From: Acidobacteriota bacterium
GTDB lineage: Bacteria; Acidobacteriota; UBA6911; RPQK01; JAJDTT01
DNA length: 64,000 nt
Reading direction: 5' to 3'
Assembly: GCA_965263035.1 (NCBI GenBank)
Contig: OZ253580.1
Location: forward strand, 3,264,001 to 3,328,000
Positions 46,448-56,015 of the stretch are shown one piece after another. Positions within the stretch are counted from its first letter, which is position 1. Each line of letters begins with the position of its first letter. The translations under genes and the position numbers were made by a program. The notes under the pieces were generated by a model. That model was not told the origin of the DNA and made no database searches. It saw only the letters and a program-made list of their open reading frames with translations.

Positions 46448-48076
46448 TCAGCCCGCGACGATCCAGGGCCATCCCAGGATGAGGACGATCAAGGGGAAAA
46501 GGGGCAGCAGAGCGAGGGCCGACTTGACGGCGATCCGTCCCCTGGAATCCTCGGTTTGAATCACCTTGCTGAGGGCGGCCCCGGCGGCCAGGTTGACCAG
46601 CAGCGAGAGCGGACTGATCCATTGAAAGCTGATGGGCGAGACGTCGATGGCGCCGCTAGAACCCAGGAATGCCGAGTCTTGAAGAAGGCTGTAGAAATTT
46701 CCCGAGAAGGCGATCAACGCGCCCACCGTGATGCCGTAGACAGCCCCCACAACGGCCCCCGCCGGTTTTCCGAAACGGCAGAAGAGAGCGAAGAAGAACA
46801 GGCTGAAGGCGGGTGTGGCCAGCAGGTTGGTGGTTCGCTGGGTCATGCCCGTGATGTTTCCCGGGACGTTCCCCATGTAGGAACTGCCGACGACCACGAT
46901 GGCTCCCAGGCCGAAGGCCAGGCACTGGGCCACGCGGACATGTCCTTTTCTGGTCTTGGGCATGAGGCCGAACCGATCCAGGAAATCGGTCGTCACGACG
47001 GCAGTGATCGAGTTCACGCCCGAGTCGAGACTCGACATGGCCGCGGCGAACATGGCGGACACGACCAGCCCGGCGATTCCGACCGGCAGGTGGTAGGCGA
47101 TGAACCTGGGAAAGATCCGGTCTCCATCCACAGCCAGGTTCAGTCCGGCCGGCAGCGCATCAGGCCGGGCCTGAAAATATCCCATGAGGGCGAAGCCGAC
47201 GAAGAGCAGGGTGAACAGGACGGTGGAGGCCACCAGAGTCTGAGCCAGATAGGAACGCTTGGCGGCTTCCGCGTCGCCGGTGGCCATGAACCGCTGAATG
47301 CTCAACTGGTCTCCTCCGGCGGTGCAGACGGTCCAGACCAGGACCGAGAAGAAGGTTCCGAACATGGTGACCCGGACCCGGGGATCGAAGCTGAAGGCGG
47401 GCTGACTGTCCCAGGTGGGTTGCCAGGAAGTGGGAATCCAACTGAAATCGCCGAGCTCGACGGTCACCAGGACGATGACCACGATCGCCCCTCCCAAGAG
47501 CAGGGCCGTCTGCAGGAAGTCGGTGATCACGACGGCTCCCAAACCGCCCAGAGAGGTGTAGATGATGGAAACGAATCCGGTGACCAGGACGATCCACGGG
47601 ATCCATTCCTCGCTGACGCCCAGCATCACCGTCATGGCTCGGGCCGCCACGTAGACCAGCAGGCACATCCAACTCAGACGCACCACGACGAACATGCCGG
47701 CGCCCAAGAGGCGCACGCCCAACCCCAGTCTGTCCTCCAGCAACTCGTAGGCGCTGGTCACGCGGTGCCGCATGTAGACGGACAGGAGGTACCGGCGCAC
47801 GATGAAGTAGGACACGGGATAACATGGAATGATCAACAGGATCATGATCGGGCCCTTGGAGATCGTCTCGCCCGGAACCGAAAGGTAGGAGATGGTGCTC
47901 AAGTGGGTGGCAAAGAGGGAGACGCCCACCAGTACAGGGTTCAGGCTGCCGCTTCCGATGAAGTATTCGCGCGAGTCCTTCTGCCTGCGGCTGTAGTACC
48001 AGCCCAGGACGATGGTGGAGCTGGCATAGACGACGATCACCGTCCAATCGATCCAGGAGAGTCCCGTCTGTTCCAA
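46448..48076 (-). CDS. Sodium:solute symporter (SSS) family
   Basis: Multiple TM helices; SAYELLEDRLG, YTSLGGLGAVVITD, DQLSIQRF and AAAMSSLDSG. Confidence 0.95.
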   Translation of the reverse strand: MEQTGLSWIDWTVIVVYASSTIVLGWYYSRRQKDSREYFIGSGSLNPVLVGVSLFATHLSTISYLSVPGETISKGPIMILLIIPCYPVSYFIVRRYLLSVYMRHRVTSAYELLEDRLGLGVRLLGAGMFVVVRLSWMCLLVYVAARAMTVMLGVSEEWIPWIVLVTGFVSIIYTSLGGLGAVVITDFLQTALLLGGAIVVIVLVTVELGDFSWIPTSWQPTWDSQPAFSFDPRVRVTMFGTFFSVLVWTVCTAGGDQLSIQRFMATGDAEAAKRSYLAQTLVASTVLFTLLFVGFALMGYFQARPDALPAGLNLAVDGDRIFPRFIAYHLPVGIAGLVVSAMFAAAMSSLDSGVNSITAVVTTDFLDRFGLMPKTRKGHVRVAQCLAFGLGAIVVVGSSYMGNVPGNITGMTQRTTNLLATPAFSLFFFALFCRFGKPAGAVVGAVYGITVGALIAFSGNFYSLLQDSAFLGSSGAIDVSPISFQWISPLSLLVNLAAGAALSKVIQTEDSRGRIAVKSALALLPLFPLIVLILGWPWIVAG

Positions 48077-48089
48077 ATCGACCTCCTAG

Positions 48090-48248
48090 CAGTCCGTGGT
48101 GAAAGTCTCGCGAGCACCGAGACCGTTCCTGCGCCCGCCGGACCAGGCGCGATGAGGGAGCATACCGGGAGTATGTGACCGAGTCGCAACGCAGTCCGCG
48201 CACGATGCAGGGACGGTCGAATGCCGTGATGACTTTTGCCACGGGCTG
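48090..48248. mobile_element. MITE-like family A, intact copy 2 (159 bp)
   Basis: Reverse complement of 2118-2276 with a few substitutions; flanked by CTAG and CCAG. Confidence 0.92.
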
Positions 48249-48252
48249 CCAG

Positions 48253-48411
48253 GAGCCTGCGCGGCAGAAATTGATCTACTGCGAAAGCGGTAGAATCAGT
48301 CCATATTTCCCCGATTTCTCGGCGAATAGAACGACTATGCACCTCAAAATCGAGAAAATCTGGCCTCGATTCCCCGCTTTCTCGCTACGATCGTTCCTAC
48401 CGCGCAGACTC
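48253..48411. mobile_element. MITE-like family B, intact copy 3 (159 bp)
   Basis: Reverse complement of 3708-3866; flanked by CCAG (shared with the A copy) and CTGG. Confidence 0.92.
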
Positions 48412-48477
48412 CTGGGTCTCAGTTGTCCGGCGACGTGCCGGTGAATCGAAACGGCGGACAGCTCGGCGGGCAGCCGG

Positions 48478-50355
48478 CTACCAGGCCAGGGCCGTGCTCC
48501 CTTCCATGCGGGGGTTGGTGGCGGACACCAGGGTCCCTGTCTTGGGGTCGATCATGACCACCATGGTGTTGTCCCCGCTCCAGGGATTGGCGATCTGCAC
48601 CTTGTGGCCCCTGCCGCGGAGGTCGGCGGAGATCTCCTCCAGGTTGGCCAACCGCCCTTCCAGTAGGGCGCGGCCGGGAAACGCCCGGTGGGGATAGAAG
48701 AGGCCGGGGAAATGGCGGGTCCAGACCTTGGGGGCGTCCAGCGCGTCCTGCAGACTCATCCCGAAGTCCACGACGTTCAGGAAAAAATGCAGGGTTCCCT
48801 GGTCCTGGACGTCTCCTCCCGGCATGCCGAATCCCATCCAGGGGCGTCCGTCCTTGGTGACCAGAGTGGGTGTGAGGCTGGTGGAGGGCTGCTTTCCCGG
48901 CGCCAGAGATTTGGCCAGGCCTTCCTCCAGGTAGAACATCTGCACCCGGCTGCCCAGGCAGAATCCCAGGCCGGGGACGATGGGAGAGGATGCCGGCCAG
49001 CCGCCACTGGGCGTGGAGGAGAAGATGGTCCCGTGGGAATCCACGGCCCGGACTCCGGTGGTCCCGTCATCCCGCAAGCGAGGCTGGACCGGCGCCAGGC
49101 TCAAATTCGGCGGCCGTTTCTCGGGATGGGCGTCGAAGGGGAAGGGGTCCCCGGGACGCAGTTCCAGAGAGGCAGTCTTCCAATCGATGAGTTTTCGTCT
49201 CAGCTTGGCGTATTCCCGGGAGAGAAGCCCCTGACGGGGAACGTAAACGAAGTCGGGATCGCCGTAGTACTTCTCCTTGTCGGCGTGGGCCAGCTTGGCC
49301 GTCTCCAGCCAGAGGTGGAGGTAGTCGGCGCTGTTGTGCTTGAGCGCCGCCAGGTCGTAGCCTTCCAGTAGCGCCAGTTGCTGAAGGAAGACGGGCCCCT
49401 GGGTCCAGGGTCCGCACTTGTAGACCCGATACCCGCGGTAATCGAAGCTCCAGGGCTCCTGGATCCGGGCTTCGTAGTCGGCGAAATCCGCCTCGGTCAA
49501 TAGAGCGGAGTGGCGTCCCCCTTCGTTGTCGCGAATCTTGAACTCCCGGGAGAATCGAACCAGTTGCCGGGCGATGGGACCCTTGTAGAAGTAGTCGTGG
49601 ACCGCCCGTAGCGCCTCGCTGCGGCCGGCGCCTTGCTTCAGCGCCCCCTTCTCGGCTGCGGCCAGCCGTCGGAAGGTGCGGGCCAGGTCGGGAAGGCGCG
49701 TTACCTCCCCCACCTCGGGGACCCGGCCGTCGTGGAGAAAAGCCGCGCCCGAGCTGGGCCACTCCCGGCGGAAGGTCTTGGCTCCCCGATACTTTTCCGT
49801 CTCCTTGCGGCCAACGCCACGGCGCCAGCGCTCGTCGACCGGAAATCCATCCGCCAGGCGGATCGCACCTTGAACGATCTGGGAGAAGCTGAGGGTTCCG
49901 TACCGGTCCAAGCTCAGAACCACTGCCCCCAGCACGGCGCAGACTCCCGCCGGCAGGAAGCCGTCTCCCGGGATCATCTCGTATCCCTGCTTGCGGAACC
50001 ATGCGATGTTGGCCGCACGGGGGGAGCGGGTGTTTCCGTTCACTGAGACGACCCGCCGCTCCCTGGGGGAATAGATGAGGGTGGGCATCTCGCCCCCGAA
50101 TCCGAAGGAATTGAACTCCACCACCGAGGCCGCCAGGATCATGGCCACGCCCGAATCCACGGCATTGCCCCCCTGGTGGAAGATCTCCATGCCCACGCCG
50201 GCTACCAGGGGATGACCCGCCGCCACCGCGCCGCGCAGTCCCCGAGCCTCGGTTCGAGTACCCTTGGCGCCCAGCAGGGTTGCGGACGGCGAGACCGCCT
50301 CCAACAGGAGAACTCCCGTCAGAATCAGAGCCGCCCGGTTTGTTCTATTGGCCAT
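48478..50355 (-). CDS. ggt: Gamma-glutamyltransferase family protein, secreted
   Basis: GGNAVD, GFGGE, DFADY, YYGDP, nucleophile GTT and GMPGGDVQ. Confidence 0.9.
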   Translation of the reverse strand: MANRTNRAALILTGVLLLEAVSPSATLLGAKGTRTEARGLRGAVAAGHPLVAGVGMEIFHQGGNAVDSGVAMILAASVVEFNSFGFGGEMPTLIYSPRERRVVSVNGNTRSPRAANIAWFRKQGYEMIPGDGFLPAGVCAVLGAVVLSLDRYGTLSFSQIVQGAIRLADGFPVDERWRRGVGRKETEKYRGAKTFRREWPSSGAAFLHDGRVPEVGEVTRLPDLARTFRRLAAAEKGALKQGAGRSEALRAVHDYFYKGPIARQLVRFSREFKIRDNEGGRHSALLTEADFADYEARIQEPWSFDYRGYRVYKCGPWTQGPVFLQQLALLEGYDLAALKHNSADYLHLWLETAKLAHADKEKYYGDPDFVYVPRQGLLSREYAKLRRKLIDWKTASLELRPGDPFPFDAHPEKRPPNLSLAPVQPRLRDDGTTGVRAVDSHGTIFSSTPSGGWPASSPIVPGLGFCLGSRVQMFYLEEGLAKSLAPGKQPSTSLTPTLVTKDGRPWMGFGMPGGDVQDQGTLHFFLNVVDFGMSLQDALDAPKVWTRHFPGLFYPHRAFPGRALLEGRLANLEEISADLRGRGHKVQIANPWSGDNTMVVMIDPKTGTLVSATNPRMEGSTALAW

Positions 50356-50725
50356 ATTTCCGCTCCTGTTTTCTTCAAATTCCTGGGGAAGATCCGGCCG
50401 AACCGACCGACTCGTGGGCCGAGTCTAGTGAGGCGCGCGGACGGTTTCAAGAGTGGCGGGAGCCCGATCACTACCGGCGCGTTTCCCGTGTGTTGCCGGA
50501 CCCGCGGGGTCGCCTCGTCGCGAGAACTTCCATGGATCCTCTCCATGGGAGCCGGTCTCACCCCGTATCGAGCCACGGTCCAAGTCGAGATTCGTTCGAA
50601 TCTCGGGGGATGTGGAGATATAATAAAAATTAAACTTGGAAGCGCAGAATGACAATAGTTCTCGTCTCCAAAGTGCAATTTCCGGCACTGGAGTTTCCGG
50701 CCGAACCTTAATAGGGGGATGTGCA

Positions 50726-53700
50726 ATGCAATCTGAATTACGTGCCCAGCCAAGTGTTCGATTCCGCAGCATGATGATCGGCTTGGTACCGATCCTGTTG
50801 GCCGCCTTCATCCCGGCGTCAGCGCAGGTTCTCACCTCCCGGGTCGATGGCACGATACGGGACCAGAGCGGCGCCGTCCTGCCCGGGGTTTCGGTGACGC
50901 TGACCAACGTCGATACCAACGCGGCCGAGGAGGCGGTGACGAGTGACATCGGTCTCTACGTGTTTCCGCAGATTCCCCGTGGAGCCTTTCGACTCACAGC
51001 CCAGCTACCCGGGTTCAAGACCGCGGTCGTCGAAGGCGTTCGGGTCGAGTTGGCCACGCCCGCCACGGTGGACGTCGTGCTGGAGGTCGGCGGGCTGGAC
51101 GAGATGGTGACCGTGAGCGCGGCGCTGGCCCAATCTGTCATCAACCAGACCAATGCCGAGATCAACACCAACCTCAACCGGGAGCAGGTGAAGGAGCTTC
51201 CCCTGAACGGCCGCAACGTGACCCAGCTGGCGCTCACCCAGGCCGGAGTGACCAGCGTGGGAGGGGCACGATCGGCCTCCATCAACGGCACTCGAGGGAC
51301 CTTCAACAACTTCACCCTGGACGGGATCAACAATCAGGACACCTTTATCCGGACGGATTCCCTATTCGGAGTCATTCCGGTCCAGGAGAGCTTCATTCAG
51401 GAGATCAACATCACGACCGCCAACTCGGAGGTCGACGCCGGCCTCGGAGCCTCACAGACGCAGTTCGTGACCCGTTCCGGCAGCAACGAGTTCCACGGAG
51501 AGCTGTTCTACTACCATCAGAACGACGCCCTCAACGCCACCGACTTCTTCAACAACGCCGCCGGAGTCCCCAAGGAGAGGCTCCTGAACCATCAGTACGG
51601 TTTCAACGTGGGCGGGCCCATCCTGAAGGACAAGCTCTTTTTCTTCTTCAACTATGAGAGGGAGCCCAGCCCCTCTACGGCCTCCGTCGTCAGGAGCGTG
51701 CTGACGAACTCGGCCCGCGCCGGGAATTTCACCTACGTCAGGCAGGACACTGGCGAGTTGGCCACGCTGAACCTGTTCGAACTCACCGGACTTTCCCCGG
51801 ATCCCGTCATCCAGTCCCTGATCGGCCTGACCCCGCCGCCCAACGACGCCACCGTCGGCGATGGAAGAAACACCGCAGGTTTCCGGTTCAACAGTCCCAA
51901 TTCCTCCACGGGCGAATGGGTGGTGTTTCGGGGAGACTACGAGATCAACTCCAGCCACTCCCTCACCGGCACGTTTCACCAGTTCACACTTGATGTTCCC
52001 AACTCCGCGGGCAACGCCATCGGTTCCGTCTTCCCGGGTCTTCCCGGAGCAGGCCAGGGGTCCGACCGCCGGCTGGGATCCTTCTCCCTCAGAAGTGGGC
52101 TCAGTCCGACCGTCACCAATGAAGGGCGTTTCGGTTTCCAGATCGCCAGTGTCAAGTTTTTTACCAACGAGACCTTTCCGCAGGGGTACCGGCTCGGTTT
52201 CTCGGGGGGCTTCGCGAATCCGATACGGAATTTTATGCCCCAGGGTCGTGATACGCGCAACCTGGACGCGATGGACAACCTGACCTGGGTGAATGGAAAT
52301 CACACCGTCAAGGTCGGGGGGAGCGTGCGCTGGACCAAGGTCGACAGTTTCAACGATGCGGGGATTGTTCCCACCTATGCTCTCGATTTCGGTCCGGGGA
52401 ATCCGGACCCGCTGGCTCCCGGCCTGTTCCCCGGCGGGATTTCGTCCAGTGACCTGAACAGTGCCTCGGGGATGCTGGCAACCATGGCCGGGGTTGTCGA
52501 CTCGGCAGACCAGACGTTCAACGCCACGTCGGGAGCTTCGGGGTATGTGGACGGGGCCTCTCAAACCAGTATCCTCGAACAGGATTTCATCAATTTCTAC
52601 CTCGCGGATACCTGGCGCATCATCCCCGAATTCACCTTGAATTTCGGGTTTCGATGGGAATTTCACTCGGTCCCGGACGAGACCCAGGGATTGGCCCTGC
52701 TGCCGGTGGGTGGCCCCGAGGCAGTGCTCGATCCCAATGCGAGTATCGATCTCGCCGGCGCCACCAATGGAAGGCCGTTCTTCAAGAACGACCTGAACAA
52801 CTACGCTCCCAGCCTCGGGTTCGCGTGGCGAGTCTCGGACAAAACCGTTCTCCGCGGCGGCTACGGCCTCAACTACGTGATCGACAGCAGCTTCACGACG
52901 ACGCTCAACGCGGTGCGGGGCAACGCGGGCCTGAGCCTGGATCAGGTCCTCCCGGGAATTGGCGGCACCGTCAGCAGCGGCGGCCTGGTGCCGATTCCGG
53001 TACCCGAATTCAAGCTCCCCAGGACCGCGCGCGACCAGATCCTGGCCGATGCCACTGCTGCCCTCTTCACCATCGATGAGAACCTGAGGACCCCCTATGT
53101 GCAGCAATGGAACATCGGCCTCCAGCATGAGTTGCTGCAGAACACCGCCGTCGAGTTGCGCTACGTGGGAAACCACGGCGTCAAGCTGACCCGTGCCGTC
53201 GATCTGAATCAGGTCCTGCTGCCGTCGGAATTCGTGGCGGACTTCAGGCGCGCCCAGAGGAATCTGGCCGCCTATGGCGACCCCTACGCCGGTGAGCCTT
53301 TGGAGATCTTCCCGCGACTCGGTTTCGGCGGATTCCTGCAGTCCGGCGGCGTTCAGAACTGGATTCGAAACGGTGAGATCGGGCAGTACATCGGCGGGTT
53401 CCTGGCGCCCAACCGGGTGTTCTTCTTCAACGGCGAAGGGGGCGAGAGGTTCGGAGCCACCCTGCCCATCAGCTTCTTCCTCCGCAATCCCAATGCCTTC
53501 GTCGGCGACGTGGTCGGAAACGGCGCGTTCTCCAAGTACAATGCGCTCCAGTTCGAGATCCGGCGGCATTTCCGCGGGGGGTTCGCAGGCCAGTTCAACT
53601 ACACCTGGGGCAAGGTGCTGACGAATTTTGCCGGCAGCCAGACCAATTTTCGCGGGTACTTCGACAATGCCCAACCGCATCTGGAGATCATGCGTCCCGA

Positions 53701-54355
53701 CTACGACATCACCCACACCTTCAACGGCAACTGGGTCTGGGAGATCCCCTTCGGCCAAGGGCGCAGGTGGATGAACGGCGGCGGATTCATGGACTATCTG
53801 GCCGGTGGATGGGACCTCAGCGGATTCTTCAGGCTCCGTTCCGGCGAGGTCGTCAACATCATCTCCGGAAGAGGAACCATCAACCGCGGCGGTTCCCGAG
53901 CGCTGACCAATACCGTTCATCTCACGGGAATCGACATTCCCGAGCTCCAGAACAAGACCGGGTCGTACCGCGACGCGCAGGGGCGTGTGATCCTGTTCGA
54001 TCACCGCCTGATTGCACCGGGAGGTGGAATGAATCCGAGGTATTTCGCGAATCCCGGCCTGCTGGAGGCGGGGACGCTGGGTCTGTCCCCGGTCAGTGGA
54101 CCCTGGTACGCGTCGTTGGATCTCGGGGTTCGCAAGAGTTTCCCGATCCCGGTGACGGAGGAAGCCCGGCTCCAGCTCCGGTTCGACTTCTTCAACAGTC
54201 TCAATCGCACGAATTTCGCCATAACCAACAAGGGCGGAGGCATAAGCGGCCTCGGTGTCACCAACAGCCACAATCCCAACAGCCCCCTGTTCGGCCAGAT
54301 CAGCTCCGCCTTTTCTCCCCGCGTGATGCAGGTTGGGATGAAAATCACATTTTAG
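50726..54355 (+). CDS. Oar-like TonB-dependent receptor with N-terminal carboxypeptidase-regulatory-like domain
   Basis: DQSGAVLPG, LPLNGRN, TRSGSNEFHG, GGPILKDKLFFF, PYVQQWN and C-terminal QVGMKITF. Confidence 0.93.
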   Translation: MQSELRAQPSVRFRSMMIGLVPILLAAFIPASAQVLTSRVDGTIRDQSGAVLPGVSVTLTNVDTNAAEEAVTSDIGLYVFPQIPRGAFRLTAQLPGFKTAVVEGVRVELATPATVDVVLEVGGLDEMVTVSAALAQSVINQTNAEINTNLNREQVKELPLNGRNVTQLALTQAGVTSVGGARSASINGTRGTFNNFTLDGINNQDTFIRTDSLFGVIPVQESFIQEINITTANSEVDAGLGASQTQFVTRSGSNEFHGELFYYHQNDALNATDFFNNAAGVPKERLLNHQYGFNVGGPILKDKLFFFFNYEREPSPSTASVVRSVLTNSARAGNFTYVRQDTGELATLNLFELTGLSPDPVIQSLIGLTPPPNDATVGDGRNTAGFRFNSPNSSTGEWVVFRGDYEINSSHSLTGTFHQFTLDVPNSAGNAIGSVFPGLPGAGQGSDRRLGSFSLRSGLSPTVTNEGRFGFQIASVKFFTNETFPQGYRLGFSGGFANPIRNFMPQGRDTRNLDAMDNLTWVNGNHTVKVGGSVRWTKVDSFNDAGIVPTYALDFGPGNPDPLAPGLFPGGISSSDLNSASGMLATMAGVVDSADQTFNATSGASGYVDGASQTSILEQDFINFYLADTWRIIPEFTLNFGFRWEFHSVPDETQGLALLPVGGPEAVLDPNASIDLAGATNGRPFFKNDLNNYAPSLGFAWRVSDKTVLRGGYGLNYVIDSSFTTTLNAVRGNAGLSLDQVLPGIGGTVSSGGLVPIPVPEFKLPRTARDQILADATAALFTIDENLRTPYVQQWNIGLQHELLQNTAVELRYVGNHGVKLTRAVDLNQVLLPSEFVADFRRAQRNLAAYGDPYAGEPLEIFPRLGFGGFLQSGGVQNWIRNGEIGQYIGGFLAPNRVFFFNGEGGERFGATLPISFFLRNPNAFVGDVVGNGAFSKYNALQFEIRRHFRGGFAGQFNYTWGKVLTNFAGSQTNFRGYFDNAQPHLEIMRPDYDITHTFNGNWVWEIPFGQGRRWMNGGGFMDYLAGGWDLSGFFRLRSGEVVNIISGRGTINRGGSRALTNTVHLTGIDIPELQNKTGSYRDAQGRVILFDHRLIAPGGGMNPRYFANPGLLEAGTLGLSPVSGPWYASLDLGVRKSFPIPVTEEARLQLRFDFFNSLNRTNFAITNKGGGISGLGVTNSHNPNSPLFGQISSAFSPRVMQVGMKITF

Positions 54356-54459
54356 CGCCAAGCCTCAGGGGGCATGGTTGTGCCGGAAAGAACGTTGTGG
54401 GTATTGTGGCGCCAATTCCGACGGCAGATCCGGTTATTTCCCAGGGAGGAAAATGAATC

Positions 54460-55755
54460 ATGAGTCAATCGTCCATTCACCGGCGCTCTTTCCTGTCCCG
54501 TTCTGCGGGGGCCGGACTGGCGCTGGCGGGGTTTCCCGGCATCCTCAGTGCGCGCAACGTCAACAACAACATCAACGTGGGAATCGTGGGCCCGGGAGGG
54601 CGCGGCACCGGTCTCCTGAAGAGGTTTTTGGAGAGCGCCAGCCAATACGGAGCCCGCCTCACGGCGGTCTGCGATCTCTGGAATTACCGCCGCGACCGGG
54701 CCGCTGCCCTGGTGGAGGAAAAGGAGGGCCGGGCGCCCAAGATCTACCGGCACCATGAGGAGATCCTGGCCGACAAGGAGGTTGATGCCCTCATCATCGC
54801 CACCCCCGACCACGCCCATGCCCAGATCCTCAAGTTGACCGCCGAAGCCGGGATGGACGCTTACTGCGAGAAACCCATGTCCAACGTGCTCTCCGAGGCC
54901 AACGAGGCCCTGGATGCCGTGCGGAAATCAGGCGTCATCGTCCAGATCGGCACTCAGAGGCGCGCCAATCCCCGGTACCGGAAGGCGACCCGCATGATCG
55001 CCGACGGATTGATCGGGGACGTGGTCAAGGTGGACCTCCACTGGAGCTTTTACAGTCCCTACCGCTGGGCCAGGAAGGAGAAGGACATCCTGATGGCTCG
55101 AGAGAGCGATCTGGACTGGGGCACGTGGCACATGGGCCGGCCACAGCGGCCCTTCGATCCCCGCATCTTTCGCTGCTTCCGCCTCTTCAAGGACTTTTCC
55201 AGCGGAATCATCGATCAGTGGATGAGCCACGGCATCGATCTGGCCCACATGTTGACCGGTGTCTCCTATCCGGTGAGTGCCGTGTCCCACGGCGGAATCT
55301 ACAAGTGGAAGGACTTTCGGGAGAATCCCGATACCCAGGAGGTCACCCTGGAGTACCAGAAGGGTGACGAGAAGTTCCTGGCCGTCTACTCCACCAATTG
55401 GATCAACGGTTACGGCAACGGCACCCGGGTCCACGGCACCCTGGGGAGCTTCGAGGGGGAGTCCTTCTCCAACCCCGACGCGGATTGGCAATTTTCCGGT
55501 CAGGGCGTGAACTCCGAGGGCAAGATCCAGGATCGCATCGTGGTTCCCCGGGAGTCCGTAGACATGGACGAAATGGGAATGGCTCACATGACCAACTGGC
55601 TGGACGCCGTGCGCCGCCGCGACCCCAAGGGACTCTTCTGTCCCGTCGAGGCCGGCTACGGGCACTCCATCGCCTGCATCATGGCGACCGACGCCTACTG
55701 GAGCGGCAAGCGCATGGTGTTCGATCCGAAGACACGAGTCATTCAGGCCGGCTGA
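54460..55755 (+). CDS. Gfo/Idh/MocA oxidoreductase with Tat signal
   Basis: RRSFL, VGPGGRG, ATPDHAH, CEKP and QIGTQRR. Confidence 0.93.
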   Translation: MSQSSIHRRSFLSRSAGAGLALAGFPGILSARNVNNNINVGIVGPGGRGTGLLKRFLESASQYGARLTAVCDLWNYRRDRAAALVEEKEGRAPKIYRHHEEILADKEVDALIIATPDHAHAQILKLTAEAGMDAYCEKPMSNVLSEANEALDAVRKSGVIVQIGTQRRANPRYRKATRMIADGLIGDVVKVDLHWSFYSPYRWARKEKDILMARESDLDWGTWHMGRPQRPFDPRIFRCFRLFKDFSSGIIDQWMSHGIDLAHMLTGVSYPVSAVSHGGIYKWKDFRENPDTQEVTLEYQKGDEKFLAVYSTNWINGYGNGTRVHGTLGSFEGESFSNPDADWQFSGQGVNSEGKIQDRIVVPRESVDMDEMGMAHMTNWLDAVRRRDPKGLFCPVEAGYGHSIACIMATDAYWSGKRMVFDPKTRVIQAG

Positions 55756-55853
55756 CAAAGCGGCAGGGTCCAGCGGTCCATGGCAGGAACCGCCGCGCAG
55801 ATTGAATTTCGGTGCATTCCGCCCGAATGTTTCGGTTTTAAAGTCAGATCCAA

Positions 55854-55891
55854 TGTGAAATAATTGTGACACTGATGTGATCATTCTATGA
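55854..55891. promoter_or_regulatory. Four 11-bp-spaced direct repeats (TGTGA x3, TATGA); PhoB/OmpR-type box
   Basis: T[GA]TGA at 55854, 55865, 55876 and 55887 in an AT-rich intergenic region. Confidence 0.65.
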
Positions 55892-56015
55892 TTGGGCCAG
55901 GCGTAATGAATCGGCCTCCCCACCTCGTGGGGTCGTGTCGGAGACATCGGATATAACGTTTACCAAGTTGTACTCGCACACGGACTAGGCAGTACAAACT
56001 ATTTGGAGGTGCATC

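Noticed and set aside
50400-50720. Cobalamin or TPP riboswitch ahead of the TonB receptor
   Set aside because: No B12-box or TPP consensus found on either strand by eye.
51452-54361. 969-aa antisense ORF (likewise 5023-7107, 20240-21880, 39737-41956, 46241-48178 and others)
   Set aside because: Shadow ORFs caused by GC3 bias on the strand opposite well-supported genes; no recognisable motifs.
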